64,000 nt of DNA, taken from contig MU008211.1 of assembly GCA_010909165.1 (NCBI GenBank), forward strand, positions 1-64,000, written 5' to 3'. The notes below the pieces were generated by a model. That model ran no database searches. It was not told the origin of the DNA and saw nothing but the letters and a program-made list of their open reading frames with translations. This DNA is from Anthoceros angustus (lineage: Eukaryota > Plantae > Anthocerotophyta). Position numbers and translations under genes: made by a program. Of the stretch, positions 62,793 through 64,000 are shown in pieces (within the stretch, counting starts at the first letter, position 1; the number at the start of each line of letters is the position of its first letter).

Positions 62793-64000
62793 CTAGAGTC
62801 GAATCCCCATCTCTTCAAGAAAGAAACTGTGCTTAGCCTTAGGAAGGGCCTTGGTAAGCAGATCAGCTAGGTTCAGATCTGTGGGAATGTATTCAATCTT
62901 CACAATCTTCCAACTCGAATGGGATCGAAATGGGTCATATTGTTCAATATGTTTCGTGAAAATGAACGGGATTGCCAACTAAAGCTATTGTGGATTGATT
63001 GTCGCAACATACGCGAGTTGGTTTGGCCTGTGGAAACTGGAGATCAGCAAGAAAAGTGCGTGCCCACTCTGCCTCCTTAGCTGAATCGGTCAGAGCCTTA
63101 TATTCAGCCTCGGTGGAGGAGAGGGCTACGGATACCTGCTTCTTCGTACTCCAAGTTACAACAGCGCCACACAATGTAAAGCAGTAAGCTGATAAACTAC
63201 GGCGAGTCTCGGGATCAGAGGCCCAATCTGCGTCAGCAAAGCCTTGAAGAATAAAATCTGACTCTGGAGAAACACCACGGTAACAGATTCCATATGTTGA
63301 TGTCCCTTTCAAATAACGCAGGATGCGTTTAACAGCGCCCCAATGATCCTTTCCAGGCTTTTCGAGGAACTGCGAAACGCAACTCACTGCATGCTGGATA
63401 TCTGGACGAGTCCAGCAGGCGATATAATTAAGACAGCCCACGGCATGGCGGTATGGGACATCCACCATGTCCTGAAATTCTTCATCAGTCTGTGGAGATT
63501 GCTCAGAGGTAAGCCTTGCACCAACAACCCCTGGTGTGCCAACTGATTTTGCTTGATCAAGATTGAAACGCTTCAGGGTTTCATTGACGTATTTTGTCTG
63601 GTGTAAGAAAAGAGTCTTCTGAGCACGATCCCTGAGAAGCTGAACTCCAAGTACGAAGGTGAGAGCACCTATGTCTTTCATCTCGTACTGTTTATGAAGC
63701 ATTTGCTTAATCCAGCTCATAAGCTCTCGGCTGTCTGATGCTAAAATAGCATCATCAACATATAGGGCTAATATAACGATGTGTCCTTTCCTGATGTAGA
63801 TGTACACGTTGGAATCGGCAGAACTCTGGGTAAAGCCTATCGATTTGAGGTAAGCATCGATCGTTTTATACCATTCCCTTGCACTCTGTTTGAGCCCATA
63901 TATGGTCTTTTTAAGCTTACATACCCAAGTTGGATGCTGCGGATCTACAAATCCCTCCGGCTGTTCCATAAAAATATCCTCCTCCAGCTCTCCATAAAGG
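62793..64000 (-). CDS. pol: Ty1/copia reverse transcriptase and RNase H (runs off the window; one frameshift near 62950)
   Basis: MEQPEGF, YGLKQSAREW, LYVDD, TRPDI, DADWASD, SSTEAEY, CDNQSTI, EYIPTDLNLADLLTKAL. Confidence 0.97.

Overview
Eukaryotic, most likely land-plant, transposon-rich heterochromatin. I found no intact host gene and no rRNA, tRNA or CRISPR. The consensus is indel-rich, so most ORFs are frameshifted. (1) 1-22643: scrambled tandem array of five modules (canonical order E-A-B-C-D, about 3.7 kb; module D encodes AT-hook motifs), interleaved with a minus-strand Ty1/copia element (3' LTR+PPT 3245-3526, gag-pol about 9994-14345, PBS+5' LTR stub about 14915-14978). (2) 22644: left end of an En/Spm (CACTA) element with TTTACAAC subterminal repeats. 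(3) 26180-33079: 5'-truncated Ty3/gypsy (RNase H, integrase, PPT) followed by an apparent 4.7-kb TGTGA...TCACA LTR that contains a long decayed ORF. (4) 33500-49984: a 16.5-kb CACTA element with matching TIRs and unidentified intron-containing cargo, inserted in a repeat that also forms a fold-back at 50.4-53.2 kb. (5) 56513: another CACTA left end with minisatellites. (6) About 59000-62140: decayed minus-strand CRE-like non-LTR retrotransposon of the restriction-like endonuclease type. (7) 62148-64000: 3' end of a well-preserved copia element. All family calls come from motifs read by eye; no searches were run.
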